A stretch of DNA of 64,000 nucleotides, from positions 5,580,001 to 5,644,000 of the forward strand of contig JBHGNT010000010.1 of the NCBI GenBank assembly GCA_043228905.1, given 5' to 3'. Origin of the DNA: Azolla caroliniana (taxonomy: Eukaryota > Plantae > Polypodiophyta). Below are positions 37,901-50,779 of the stretch, one piece after another. The notes under the pieces are model-generated. The model had not been told where the DNA came from. It was given only the letters and a program-made list of their open reading frames with translations, and ran no database searches. Position 1 is the first letter of the stretch. Every line of letters starts with the position of its first letter. The position numbers were made by a program, and so were the translations under genes.

Positions 37901-38880
37901 GAAAAGAGCGTTAACAACTATCAACTCAAGACCTACTTTGCAAAGATGCCACAGAACCCATGCTCAAGTCCCAAGGAAGAAACCTTGACAAGAATCTCTA
38001 TGGCATTAATGACCACATTGAATCAATTTTTTTGTGATTCGATGGGTTTGAATGAACTTCATGTCCATGCCCATGAGTGTGCCATGTGTTAGCGACATGA
38101 TCATTCCTAGCATTATTTATTAAATATTATTGTAAATGCTAGCATCGAATTAGATATTTGAACAGTTACACTGTTTCAGATCTTGGTGGTTCATCCTGTA
38201 GAACCGATAAGTATAAGAATCAATACACAGGGAGAAAAAAGAGAGAAAAAGAAGCAATGCACAAACATATTTGGATAACAAATTGTTTCTAACTCTATGC
38301 GCCCGACGATATGGTGAATATCCTAGAGGTTTTTCTCAGAGGAAATAGTTCTTAACATTACTTAGATTATGGAAAATATGATCAAACTAAACACTCCTAA
38401 ATGTCCCATAAAATTGGGCTTCAAATAATTGTGTATATTAACAATTAATAAAAGAGATGTAATGATTTGTATATTTTTAGAAGCATGTTCTTAATATTCA
38501 TTTGGAGGATCATTGGAAAATATCACCAAACCAAACACAACTTCTAAATGCGACATGAAATTAGACTACAATAAATTTATGTATATTAACAGTTGATAAA
38601 AGAGATGTAATGATTTGTAAATTTTTAGAAACATGTTCTTAATATTCATTTGGGGAATCATTGGAAAACATCACCAAACCAAACACAACTTCTAAATGTG
38701 ACATGAAATTAGACTACAAATAAATTTGTGTATATTAACAGTTGATAAAAGAGATGTAATTATTTGTAAATTTTTCCAAGCATGTTCTTAATATTCATTT
38801 GGAGTATCAGTGGAAAATATCACCAAACTAAACACAACTTCTAAATGTGACATAAAATTGGACTTTAAATAATTTTGATT
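31970..38880. repeat. ~148-bp AT-rich tandem array (31970-32242 and 38348-38880) split by a gypsy insertion
   Basis: The unit gtatattaacagttgataaaagagatgtaatgatttgta...catgttcttaatattcatttgg starts at 38433, 38581 and 38730. Diverged copies lie at ~31983 and ~32185. Confidence 0.8.
32243..38347 (+). mobile_element. Full-length, heavily decayed non-chromovirus Ty3/gypsy element
   Basis: Short LTRs 32243-32509 and 38087-38347; TSD GTTCT on both sides; PBS tggcgact. Protease FLDGGFGVN, RT ICVDHRKLN..DPFP..MMFGLKTAP, RNase H and integrase remnants. Internal duplications at 35298-35760. Confidence 0.9.
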
Positions 38881-39789
38881 AAAGTCCCAACCTCTCCAAG
38901 ATGAGGGCTCAAATAAGGAGATAAGAAACTAATTATGACTCAAATAATTAATGAATGTCAAACAAAATTGGACTTACAATCCATTCTGATAAAACTCCCA
39001 AGAGTATAATATAAGAATGGCAAATACCCAATGCACAAGTGTATATATATTACAACGTAACCAAAGCAAAGTGTAAACTCTTGAAGAAAAGAACAATTTG
39101 TACATATTGTTCAAGCATATTCCATTTATTTTATGACAACAGGTACAAAGTTTCCTAAACTCGTACAAAGATGTAGGATTCTGCCACAAATACAGACAGA
39201 ATTTTGCCTTCAGACTTTTGTCCTAAGTGAATACTTCAGCATAATTTATAGGCAACAAGAATCAAACTATTTCAGGTCACAAAAATTTAGATATACATCA
39301 CAGTTGTAACATACTGAAACCAGTGAGGTTGTTCCAACATATTTCTTACTCCAGAAATTCACATTTCAGTTCTCATCCAAAATTGTTACATGATGATATG
39401 TCCTTGCAACAAGGAAAATGTAAGAGACCACCTCTCGTATAATCCAAAAATGCTTTTCGGCAACATGGCCCATCATAGTCTCCTTGTATCCAACACAAGC
39501 AGATTCTCTGGCTTGACCAAAATACCTGGTTATACTTTCTTCCCTAACCTAGTATACAACGCTCATGTGCACACCATAGAGTTCGAGTTCAACAGGCCTT
39601 TCAAGTCTTTCAGACTCCACTGAAGGTACATCTGGTTTGAGGTGTAATTAGCGAAACTAACATAGCACCTCGATGGAGTCTATTTACGTTTTCCTGTTGT
39701 TTGTCCAACCAAGCTTTCCCTGGGCATGGCATTAATGTAGTAGATTCTCTCGCTTCATGATGCCACACCTTGTCAATTTCAATGGTCTA

Positions 39790-42700
39790 TCACTGGTTTC
39801 TCACAGAGTAGTTGTTTGTCCAGTTCACTTGCCCACCACGTTGAGGTGGCGGCAAAATAACAGAGTGAGTTCCAAATCCTACAGACCCATGTGGTTGTTG
39901 AAGCAGTTGATTATTTGCAAAACCAGCTGAAGGGTGAGCATGGGTAGGTTGTGAATGTGAATATCCAGCATGTTGTCCTTGACTATGTAAATTATAATAC
40001 GAATTTGCCTGAATACCCGACGGATCACGTGATAACGGGGCTTGAACCCAAATTGCCGACCCCTCCATCTGCACATAAGTTTTTAGTTACATACAGTTTG
40101 ACAAACCTAAACAATAGCTGATCAAAGATCATAGTTCTTGAAGACTAATAATCTGTTTATTTAAGATTTTTGTTACTATAGATGTGGTCCTAGAAGCATA
40201 ATAATCACTTGCTTTAAGATCTTGTATCTACCACAAATGGTCATAGATGCCTAATGCTATAAACTCATCTTGAAACATCACACAGTAGTAAAAGCCTAGC
40301 AATGGCTTATTCCACAGTCATTTTACCTGATGACTTGATGTGTAGAGAGAATTGTCTTTGTACTGAGGGGCCCCAACCATGTCATCATAGCTTGAAGCAC
40401 TACCTGCAGTTACAGCTGGGTTTATACCTGCAAAACCAGACGGAGCAGTAGCAAAACCTCCATAGCCCGTAGCCACCAATGCATGTGGTGTGTTGGTTGT
40501 CCCTACTTTATATTGTGGTCCAGGATATTTTAATGTAGTGGTTCCAACTGGAGGATAACCTCGAGCACCTGATGCGAAATTGCTCCCTATAGGAGGTTGA
40601 GGATAAGCACTATTCCCAGAGTAGTTGCTTTGATAAGGGGCATGCATGTATGCATAATTTGGAGGCATGTATTGGTAACCATAAACATTGGTACCATATG
40701 GTGAGATTGCTACGCCGGTCGGTTGGGCAGCATATGCATGGACAGGTAAAGGTGGTTGACCCATTGCCAATGTCGTATGTGAAGAAGCCGTATTTTGAGA
40801 GACCTGAAAAATATTTTAAAAACAATATTCACAAGTGAGTTGGCCTAGAGGTTCAGGCTAAGGACTTCAACTTCTAACTCCATCCTCTTGGCAAGAATGA
40901 CACCAAGGAAAAGAATGATACAAATCAAGAGTTTTAGAACTGAATGTTTACTTACCTCTTGGGAAGATGGCAGTGTTTGCCCACTCATCACAGTGACATT
41001 GCCACTGAATTTAGATGCATTATTTGCTGAAGAAAGAATTTGGTAACGCACATCTGTATCGGACCCTGGGCGGAAAACTGGACTGAAATAGTTTGAAGCA
41101 GGATCTGCAAATGGTTGCTAAAAAGATTGCAAATTTACAACTTAGATACTAATAAAACATGGAATTGCTCTACCAAAATATAAAACCATAAACCTACCAC
41201 AAAATTAGGTAATCGTGAAATGTCCTGAGGTTGAGACTCGCCAGATTCATACTGGTATTGCGGTTGTGGCATCAGCCCAAATCCTTGATAATTCGGTACT
41301 GTTTGGATATAAGATAGTGGCCGACCTTGATGCATTGATTGCTCAGGTTTTGACATATCTGATGGTTGCTCAGCTCCAGGTGCTATACTCAGGACCTCAT
41401 CATTACTTGTTACAAATATTTCAGTTGTCATTGGCTGAGATACATCAATCTGCCCTACAGTCTCCACATTTGCAGACTCCTCCGTTACACTGCAAGAACA
41501 AAAAAATGTATGAAGTTTAGAACAGAAATCTAAGCAAAATAAACTGAAATTCCAGAAAAGGTAGTCGATACAAATACTTAGCGCATACTTGTATTCAGTT
41601 GGTTGTTCAGTTAAGAGCTCCACATTCTCAACTGCTTTGATGTCATCCAAACTGGTTTGAATAGTGAATTGCATCTCAAAATCCACATCAAAGCTACCAA
41701 AACTTAGACCAGCAGAATCAGCTTCAGCCACCTGAAGATGTTCTGGTATAATAACTGGACGGTCATCCTCTGCACTGAATTTCTCTGGCTTAGGACTACT
41801 AGCCATGATTAGGGCTTCTGTATCGAGGGGTGCTGATATTAGCGGTGAGAGCTTGTCGGGAGATTCATTACTCACAGATGTTAGTATTGGTTGAGTTTTC
41901 TCAGTCACATTCTCTGGTCCTATCTCAACTGCTATTTCAGAAGCTGCTTGTTTCGGCACAGCAGACTTGGGTTTCCACTCCAATCCAGGAGGAGCTACAT
42001 AGGCAAGAAACATAGAACTTACGAGAGTTCAGAAGGGAATAATCATTCCCACTTAAATGAAACATGTTTTGAATACCTACTTCGCTTAATACCAACAGTC
42101 TGCTGATAGGACTGATATGGTGTCCTATTTCTGTAATAATTGTTGTTAACAGGTGGTTTTCCTCCAGATACATTTTTTTCCTCGTAAAGGTACGCTGCAC
42201 GAGTTCGATTACTCCCACTTCTGAGGATAACTTTTTCTTCTAAAACTGGTCGTCTACCAAAACGATTCGACTTCACGGAAGATGTTGCAACTGGACCTAT
42301 TTGGTGAGAAAGTTCACGCTCCTGTTCATGTTCCTGGTTGCCTCTATGTTTATCTGATGAAGCTACTTCTTGCTTGGAAGTTGAAGGCTCTGAATAGCTA
42401 GAAGTTTCATTTCCTTTTGTACCATGCAATTTAGAATCTACAGACACACCATGCCCCGATACTCTAGTCCATTGTGATGTTGCATGTGGCCTTCCATTCC
42501 TACCAGCTGATCCAAATTGTGCATTATTCCTATTGCTGCAAAATATTGTGGATATTAATAAATGCATCAATTAATAATCCATAATTGTTCAATAAAACAT
42601 CCAATAAGACATATTATTACCTAGCCCTGGGTATGCCCAATTTTGGCTGACTACGTGATCGCAATTTTGTATTTACTGCCCTGTAGCTTTGGTGGTTTCT

Positions 42701-44783
42701 ACCTTCTCTAGCATTAGGTATGCTGTCAGGGCCATCTACAAAATAAAAATGCTTCAAAATCAGATACGATACAGAATCTATTACACACTCTCCATACGAG
42801 TACTTACCACTTATGAGATTTGGAGGAGCATGATTGACCGTGCTCTGAATGCGATTGCCTGAGATCCTTCCCTTCACTTCCAAAGCATCATGGTTGCTCC
42901 CATTCTACAGTAATAATATACAAATGAATTGAAAAGTACCCCAGAACCATTAATAGAATATAACTTTAGATGACATAAACATTTAAAGTTGTCGAAATTA
43001 TGTTAGAAACAATGTTTGTTAATATGACAGACCATAGATTAAAGAAGAATTTGGCTTGGTAAAACACAATTGCAACAACACAAGCTACAATAGACATTAG
43101 GAGAGAATGTACATTCTCTCCTAATGTCTATTGTAGCTGATAATGCAGTGTAAATATCATTTCATTTCACCTGGCACTGATAACACTTTATCAATAAACA
43201 TATTTTTCCTTGATATTGATTCAAGCACGTCATACCTCTCTTTTCCGGTCTCGCTTCCGCTTAACCTCGTGAAATGTGTCTGCAAACAAATGATAGGCCT
43301 TGAATCAAACACAGACAAAGCTTGCTAACAAAGCAATATGTGAAGAATTTAAGAATATAAACATAGTTGCACAAAATGGCATTTAAGTATATATCCATAG
43401 TTCCTGAAAACAAACAACAAAATAGGCATGACGCAAAACAGTGTTTCTTTTTCTGATTGTTTTTGCAACTATTAACATCTCTCTATTCTACCTTAGCATC
43501 CCCCTCGCATCACATTTCTCCGTACTTAATGCACCACATTCACAGTCTCCTCTCTCTTTCTCTTTCTCTGTCTCTCCTTGACATTTATTCTCCACTACCT
43601 TACCTCTACCTAGTTATAGAGCACAATATCAAAATAGTCATCTCTGCCTATCTCTTAATCAACTATCATGCTGAAAGATCTGTCTTGGAATGAGGCTTGC
43701 ATCCCTCACAATTGCACCACATTCATATTACACACTCTCCTCTCTTTCTCTGTCTGTCTCTATCTGTCCTTGACATTTATTCTCCACTACCTTATCTCTA
43801 CCTAGTTATAGAGCACAATATCAGAATAGTCATCTCTGCCTATCTCTTAATCAACTATCATGCTGAAAGATCTGTCTTCGAATGAAGCTTGCATCCTTCG
43901 CAAATATACTGGGAGAGGTAGCTCTAAGTGATGGGTGTGTAAGCATTGTAGATTGAAGAAGTGTGGGGTGGCCAACTATCTATGATTTGTTAGCTATTGG
44001 GTATTATGAACAAAGTTATTGATTTCACAACAAGAAGAAATCCATACAATAGAATGTGCACCTAGAAATAGTGATTCGTCCAGTAGTGATGACATTTCAG
44101 AGAGTCCAAGTGAATTGATCAATGATGGTGAAAATTCATCATCTTATTATAATCTTAATATTTAGATATGCACTTGAGTGTGCCATTTTGAATCTTGGTT
44201 ATGACAACTGCAACCTATATGACTGTCACACAACCTAATATTCTACTGTAATTTGTTAATTCTGGTTTTGAAGTCATATATGGTGTTGCCTAACATAAAT
44301 TGAAAAAGACACAAAGAAATTAGCTATAAAAAAATTTAGACTGTATAAACGTAAAATTTACCACATTTATCATATATAATTTATATCAATAGTACAATTT
44401 AATTCTATTTTTAGGGGACACATTTCAGCATATCTTAATGGACACGAAATGATCCATTCTTCGCAATTCTGCTTCTCTGATGTGGTGACTAACAGTGAAC
44501 GTAACAAACACACATTAACATTTAAGAGACCTGAAGTAAGCTAGTATTGCCCTTACAGGTTTTCCTTTGTTTGAGATAGTTTATTTTTAACTGTTAGTTA
44601 TCGTAGTTGCATTATTCTTGGTTGCCAGCAATGTTATAGCCAATAGTTTCGTGTTATTTAGAGTGCAGCATCAGGTTTCTTTGTATGTGTGTATCTATCT
44701 ATCTATATACATACATATGTGTGTATGTATGTAAATGTATGCATATATATGTGTGTGTATATATATAGATAGATTGATAGATA

Positions 44784-44821
<38 letters not shown>

Positions 44822-46075
44822 GTGAATAGCAACATAGATGTTTCTTCTTCTTCTAAAAAAGGAAGAATTAAGCAATCTTGTCAGTAATGGGGCCTGGGTT
44901 CAGTTCTACTTTAGACACTACCCTTGCCTCTCCACTTTGTAATTGCTCAACATGCTGGACAAGAAGCCATACTTTCACTACATTTTCTGTGGCAAATAAT
45001 TTGTGCCACATCAACATGAAAAATCTGCTGGATTTCGATATCTTCCATATCCAATAATCTACTGTCAAATTAGCAGCATACTTTTTGTCCAGATCAACAT
45101 GAGGGACAAGAAAACGTGCTCCCTCCCAAAAAAAAAAGAAAGCTTTCATGTACAACCATTATGTGCCACATAGAATGGATTTCTTCTGGACAACCAGTTT
45201 GCACTAGCATTTGTAATTATGAACTTAGATGCTACGAAAACAACTATATAGAGCCGCTGTGGAATGACCATGAAGAGAAAACCAAACCTGAGGGCAAAAT
45301 CAAATCCTAAAGGTTCAGGAATTTCTTATACAATGCAGACATAGGAATAGAAAATGAGCAGAGGAAACCAAAATCCATTTCTAATATAACACAACATTAG
45401 GCACAAAAAGTGAAGGAAAGAACCAACCCTCGTCTTCTAAAACATGATCTTCAGCATAAACTGATGTAAAAAATAAATACCTTATTATTTAACACGATCT
45501 TAGACATTCCACATAGGGGAAAACTTAACCGAAAAATATCTGTCGTGCCATGTATATGACGAACTTAAAACATGAAAACTGAAGAACAAGTTAAATCCTA
45601 AAAACATCTTTGGATTTTTTTTATGAAACATAAATGTAAGCATACATCAACGGAGAAGTCAAACCCAAATTTTATGCCCTATAGTCTTAGGCACAAAAAT
45701 ATAAGGTAAGACAAAACCCTAAATAGCAGGCATTTCCTTATGGAGTGCAACATCCTTAGAACAAAACTGAGGGGAGGGGGGGACGAAACCCTAAATCAAA
45801 CGGGGCATTTCTTCTCTAACACAGCATTTTGCATCATTTCACTTCTCGAAAAATCTATGTGAAGAGAGGAAAGGAGAAATGAGGAGAAGAAAGAACAGAC
45901 CTTGGTGCATAAGTTTGTGTACAGCTTCGTTGGGGTCCATGCTGCTTTCTTTGAGGGCCACATAGATTTCGTCATCGCTGTGGTTCTTTACGATCTCTTT
46001 GACGTTATGGACGAGCTTTAGGGCAGAAACAGGGATGGGGGTGTGCAGGGAAGGGGAGGCAGAAGATGTGGACAT
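39790..46075 (-). CDS. GBF-interacting protein 1-like / DUF1296 (UBA-like N-terminus, low-complexity Q/P/Y-rich C-terminus), ~833 aa
   Basis: Exons (-) 46075-45901, 43279-43236, 42904-42808, 42735-42621, 42535-42081, 41994-41589, 41489-41198, 41117-40956, 40803-40327 and 40068-39790, all GT-AG and phase-consistent. Motifs VKEIVKNHSDDEIYVALKESSMDPNEAVHKLMHQDTFHEVKRKRD, EWKPK, VIIPEHLQV and LSFGSF. Confidence 0.9.
43083..43138. repeat. Perfect 56-bp palindrome in intron 2 of the GIP1-like gene
   Basis: agctacaatagacattaggagagaatgt|acattctctcctaatgtctattgtagct. Confidence 0.95.
43495..43900. repeat. ~200-bp tandem duplication in intron 1 of the GIP1-like gene
   Basis: cttgacatttattctccactacctta...catgctgaaagatctgtctt occurs twice, about 202 bp apart. 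Confidence 0.85.
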
Positions 46076-46127
46076 GGCGAAGAAAACCCACAAAAGGAAA
46101 GCGAGGGATTTTGCAGCTTTGGAGGAG

Positions 46128-46176
<49 letters not shown>

Positions 46177-46830
46177 TAAAAAGCTAAAAAGCTAAAAAGC
46201 TAAGTTAAGAGGAAGATGAAGATGAAGATGAAGAAGAAGAAGAAGAAGAAGAAGAAGAAGAAAGAAGAAAGAAGAAGAGGAATGAATGAATGAATGAATG
46301 GATGAAAAAGATAAAAAGGAGGGGCAAAAAGAGACAAATTTGGATGTTAAAAAGAATATGAATGCATACATAAAGCAAAAAACCAAGAAAGAAAAAACAA
46401 AGGGCATATGGCATTCTCCGTAAATTATACGTCTTCTTTGTGTTTTTTTTTTTTACTCCATCGACTGATCCGCCCCTTGCCCAACACATAGACCTTACGA
46501 GAGCACAACGTGTACCCCCCCCCCCCACTTCCACCTTTCCCTCCCCCGTTGATCGTTGCATCGTAGTGTTGTGGCCGTCAAGAGTAGTCGGTTTGCTGAG
46601 GTAACCATTGGAAATGGGGGGGGGGGGGGGGGGGGGGGGTTCCCCCTGCGATGACTATCTGGTTGTTGCTTTAACTAGGAGGTTGTGTTCGCATTTGTCC
46701 AGGGTGTGCGCTCGAGAGTGGCAGAGAGAGGGGATGGATGCATTGCATTCATCAGGTGCAATCTGTAGTCGAATGTCCGACATTAAGGTGATTGTACATT
46801 AGACGATATTACAAAATCGGGTTTTATTGT

Positions 46831-47313
46831 TGTTGAGAATCAAACTCAACTTCCCTAGTGTGGGAACACACCTTAGTATCTCAAGTGTGTGAACACCCCA
46901 CCTCCTAGTATATAGTAACTAGTCTTTTAAGTCCTATGACACATATTTCATAAATAGTTAAGACTTCCACATCTTTCCCAAAGAGGTGGTTCTAGTGAGA
47001 GAACTTAGAGAGAAGGTGACTACATAAACACCTTCTTCTTCTCTTTGTAAGTGTTGGTTCATTCTTGCATCTTGTTAATACAATTTTCTTATTTTCTGTA
47101 TATATTGAGTTCTACTCTATCATAATTAGGTTACCCTAGTGGTAAGTTGTTAACACTACAAGCACTACGTTTTGGGTTCGAAACCCAATTTCTTCACCTC
47201 TCTATTATATGCTTCACACGTATCTCTTAGTTCACCAGATGTCACTATGGAATGTAGGGGTTGAACCCATGACCGCCTAGTCTCCATTTAGCAACCTTAC
47301 CAACTGAGCTACA

Positions 47314-47344
<31 letters not shown>

Positions 47345-48420
47345 TCCTCTCCCACTACACACACGTATCTCTTCCGCTTCACAAAATCACTACCGATTCT
47401 TTACATGGTATTAGAGCGATTGGTAGCTTGATCCAAGTTCATCTACGTATGTTGTGCCAAAGCTCAGGTTCATGAAGAACTGGTCGATCACTGTAGCAGC
47501 AACCTGCATAGTTCGCACCACAGAGAAGAAGAAGAAGTTCAACATGAATACTCATATGGGAAGTGCTCTTCCTATAGAGAAACTCGACAGAAACAACTTC
47601 GCATCTTGGGAGTACAAGATGCACCAATACCTTGTCAGTCAAGGCTATAGGAGCTACGTCGAGGGAGCTCAAGAAAATCAACCCAACCCAATACATGCCC
47701 AACCACCTAGCTTGGGAGCAAGCGGTGAGTCGCGTGTTGTATTACCTTGCATCATGCATTCATGATCACATGCTCGGCTACATCAGAGGGATATGTCAAT
47801 TGGCAACTACACCTTGAAGATAAAGGGGTTGTGTGACTCCCTTGGGTCGATCAATGTCAACATTGACAACGAAGAAATGGTGTAGATATGCCTCAAAGTC
47901 CTAGCACATCGGTTTGGTGCCATACGGTCAACAGTCCTTGCCAGGGAGAATCCTCCCTCCTTCGATCTCAAGTCGATGTTATTGGTCGAAGAAAACCATG
48001 TCCGAACAAGAGGTAGTGAATCAGACGGACAAATGCTCTACACGAGTTCGGACTGTGGAAGAGGGCAACAAGGCCATGGAGGAAGGGGCCAATCGGTCGA
48101 GGCCGAAACAACCAAAGGTAGTCCCATGAACACTAAACCCTAAACCCTACCGGCAAGACGCTGAAAACTCACGAGGAGGAGCGTCTAGAAGAAGGGGGAG
48201 CAATCATGTTAGACCGTGCCGACAAAACAATTCCGTCTAGTGCGGATATTGTGACAAATTCTACAAGGCAGAGTGTCGCAAAAAGAAGAGTGAGTTGGCC
48301 TTCACGAGCCAACAACTCACCAACTACGCCTCCATCTTTGACTACGATGATCCTGGCAAAATATTTGTAACAAGGCACAGAGCGAACTAAATGTCAGTCT
48401 CCAACCCGACCAACATTCTT
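46831..48420 (+). mobile_element. 5' part of a copia element (LTR 46831-47405, PBS, decayed gag), same family as 16784-22965
   Basis: LTR termini tgttgagaatcaa...cgattctttaca; PBS tggtattagagc; gag MGSALPIEKLDRNNFASWEYKMHQYLV. Confidence 0.88.
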
Positions 48421-49059
48421 TGAAGAGGCATCACACTCACTTCGATTAAACAATTTAATTTTGTATTCTCAAACTTCTTTACATCTCAAGTGTTTAGTTT
48501 GAGCATGGAGTTTTTTTCGAGCAAACAAGGTTTAGTATATAAAATCCTAATTAATTATAAGATCTTTTATGGTTGTTATGTTGTCATCAAAACCAATAAG
48601 TTCATTCAGCAACTAGCATGAAAAGTAAGATGAACATCAACACTATTGGGGAAGATCGAGATGATACGCAAATGAACCAATACACTTTAGGATTGTGAAA
48701 GGTCCACAATATAGGGTTAATTTAGCATATTTACCTATAAATAAAATCTTAAAAGGAGACACTCAAGAATATTTTTAGCAATGTTTAGAAATGCTTATCA
48801 TGATCGGCATAAAAGCAGTGTTGTGATGTGGGGTGCTTACAAAAGTAAAACCATCAAATTCAAAATATATAAACGGTTAAATGATAAATATAACAAAAAA
48901 GAAAATATATATGATAAAATAATACATGTGCAAAATTTTTTTTTTTCAAAAAGATTTCCTTCATTAGTATTAAGAAAAGTGTCGGAGGGCTATGAAAATG
49001 TAAAATCAAAGAGTTTATATACAAAAGAAATGGTCATGGCAAGGACTAGGGGTGTTGAT

Positions 49060-49554
49060 ATCTCCATAATGGTCCTTTAGAGGAGATTGTGAACAGAGGC
49101 AACTTCCTCCATAATTGCAATAATTTTTTCCTTTTCTTTAGAACAATCTCCGAAGAGCCTAACATATTGTCATTCATATCGTCTTTTACAACAATACTTC
49201 CATAATATCCATAATGTAATCATAGATATTGTTTTCCATACATGGGCTACATGCATTTGCTTACAAGGTTGCTAAAAAGGGGAGACAGTAATTAGATGTC
49301 TGTTGATGACTGTCATAGCCTTTAGAGCATCATCTGCTTCATACAACATGAGACTAGAATGGAGAACCCCCCACACCATTGATCCCCAAGAGAAGAGGCA
49401 ACCTACATTAATTGTCAAGAATAAAGAGATAACTTTATTACATACCTGTTTGGCTATTGAGCATGACAAGAGAGCATGCTTGGTAGTTTCCTACATGTCA
49501 CCGCAATAACAACATTGTCTAAGATTAGTTATCGCCTCTCCTTTCAATGACTAA
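49060..49554 (-). mobile_element. L1 ORF2 C-terminal (zf-RVT-like) remnant
   Basis: The minus-strand translation contains CSIAKQVC..FSWGSMVWG and LWILWKYCCKRRY. Confidence 0.5.
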
Positions 49555-49562
49555 CCTACAGT

Positions 49563-50212
49563 CATAGATTGACATATTCGCATTCGTGGGGTTTCCCATT
49601 CGAATGCAAACGAATACGAATACGAATGGTTAGTCAAGTATTCGTTTAAACCCCCCCCCCCCCCCCCCAAAAAAAAAAAACTTAAAAAAAATAAATTCCT
49701 AAGATAAAAAAAAAAGAACTTAACAATAAATAGGGATAATGAAAGAGGGACTTTTGGGACTTGACACTACTAAAAATTTATAATAAATGTATAGTCGTTT
49801 TATTTTTAATAAATAAATAAAATAAAATAAAGGCTGATTAATTTCTCACTTTTTATTTCCTCAAAATTTATGGATATTTTTATCTTGACATTAAAAATGG
49901 TACTTCAAACTAATTATATCTTCAAAGTTCATACTAATAGTAATCATATTTGTATAATAAATATAAAAATATTCATTTTTTAAAAATTAATTAATTAAAA
50001 TAAGTTTCATAAACTCTCTTGACACTATAATCTATTAATGAATAATTGTTTTTTTTGGTGAAATACATTTATTTAAATAAATAAATAATTTTTTATATTT
50101 ATTTTACAAAACGAATGGTTTTTTAATATTCTTGGGGCCATTTTGTATTCTCGAATATTGAGAATATTGCGCATGGAGAATAACACGAATATCACGCATG
50201 TGTCAATCTATG
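49563..50212. mobile_element. hAT-type MITE, 650 bp
   Basis: TIR CATAGATTGACA / TGTCAATCTATG; perfect 8-bp TSD CCTACAGT (49555-49562, 50213-50220); CGAATA/TATTCG subterminal motifs; AT-rich interior. Confidence 0.92.
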
Positions 50213-50779
50213 CCTACAGTTAGTGTTGCATGTAGTAAAAGTTGACCACTGCATACCCATGGCCGAACCAGTTGAGAGATGGCCGACATCTGGCAGAGTG
50301 CCGAAAAGACACGGCCAACGGGTCGGCCAAACAGAGGCATCCAGACAAAGGTCCGATAGTCGATAGACATCGATGGTAGGACAACCAACGGACAACGATG
50401 GGCGGCAACTAGCAAACAGAAATGAAAGGGACAAACACACAAACATAGACCGAGACAAAGGAGAGAGAGAGAGAGAGCTCCACCGAGCTCTCCCATGGTT
50501 TCTGCATTATCACCCAAGCCAAGAGGAGACAAGAAGAGGAAGAAGAAGCTAAAGCTAGGGCAGATGGAGTGGTTGTTGCAAGAAGGTAAAAGAAAGAAAG
50601 AGAAGAAGAAATGGAAGAAAAGTGAAGAAAGAGAAACAAGAGACACTATAAACGTAAGAACGAAGACAACACATACAAGAAGAGATGAATGAATGGAGGC
50701 AGACAAAGAAGACTCACATCGATAGAGAAGAAGAAAAGATGAAAACTACAAAGAGGGGGAAATTTTGTATATGTCATTA

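Noticed and set aside
47129-47316. Functional tRNA genes
   Set aside because: A/B boxes are present but the acceptor, anticodon and T stems pair poorly, so I treat them as tRNA-derived segments.
48134-48150. Interstitial telomeric repeat
   Set aside because: Only about two units (taaaccctaaaccct) inside decayed gag, too short to support the call.
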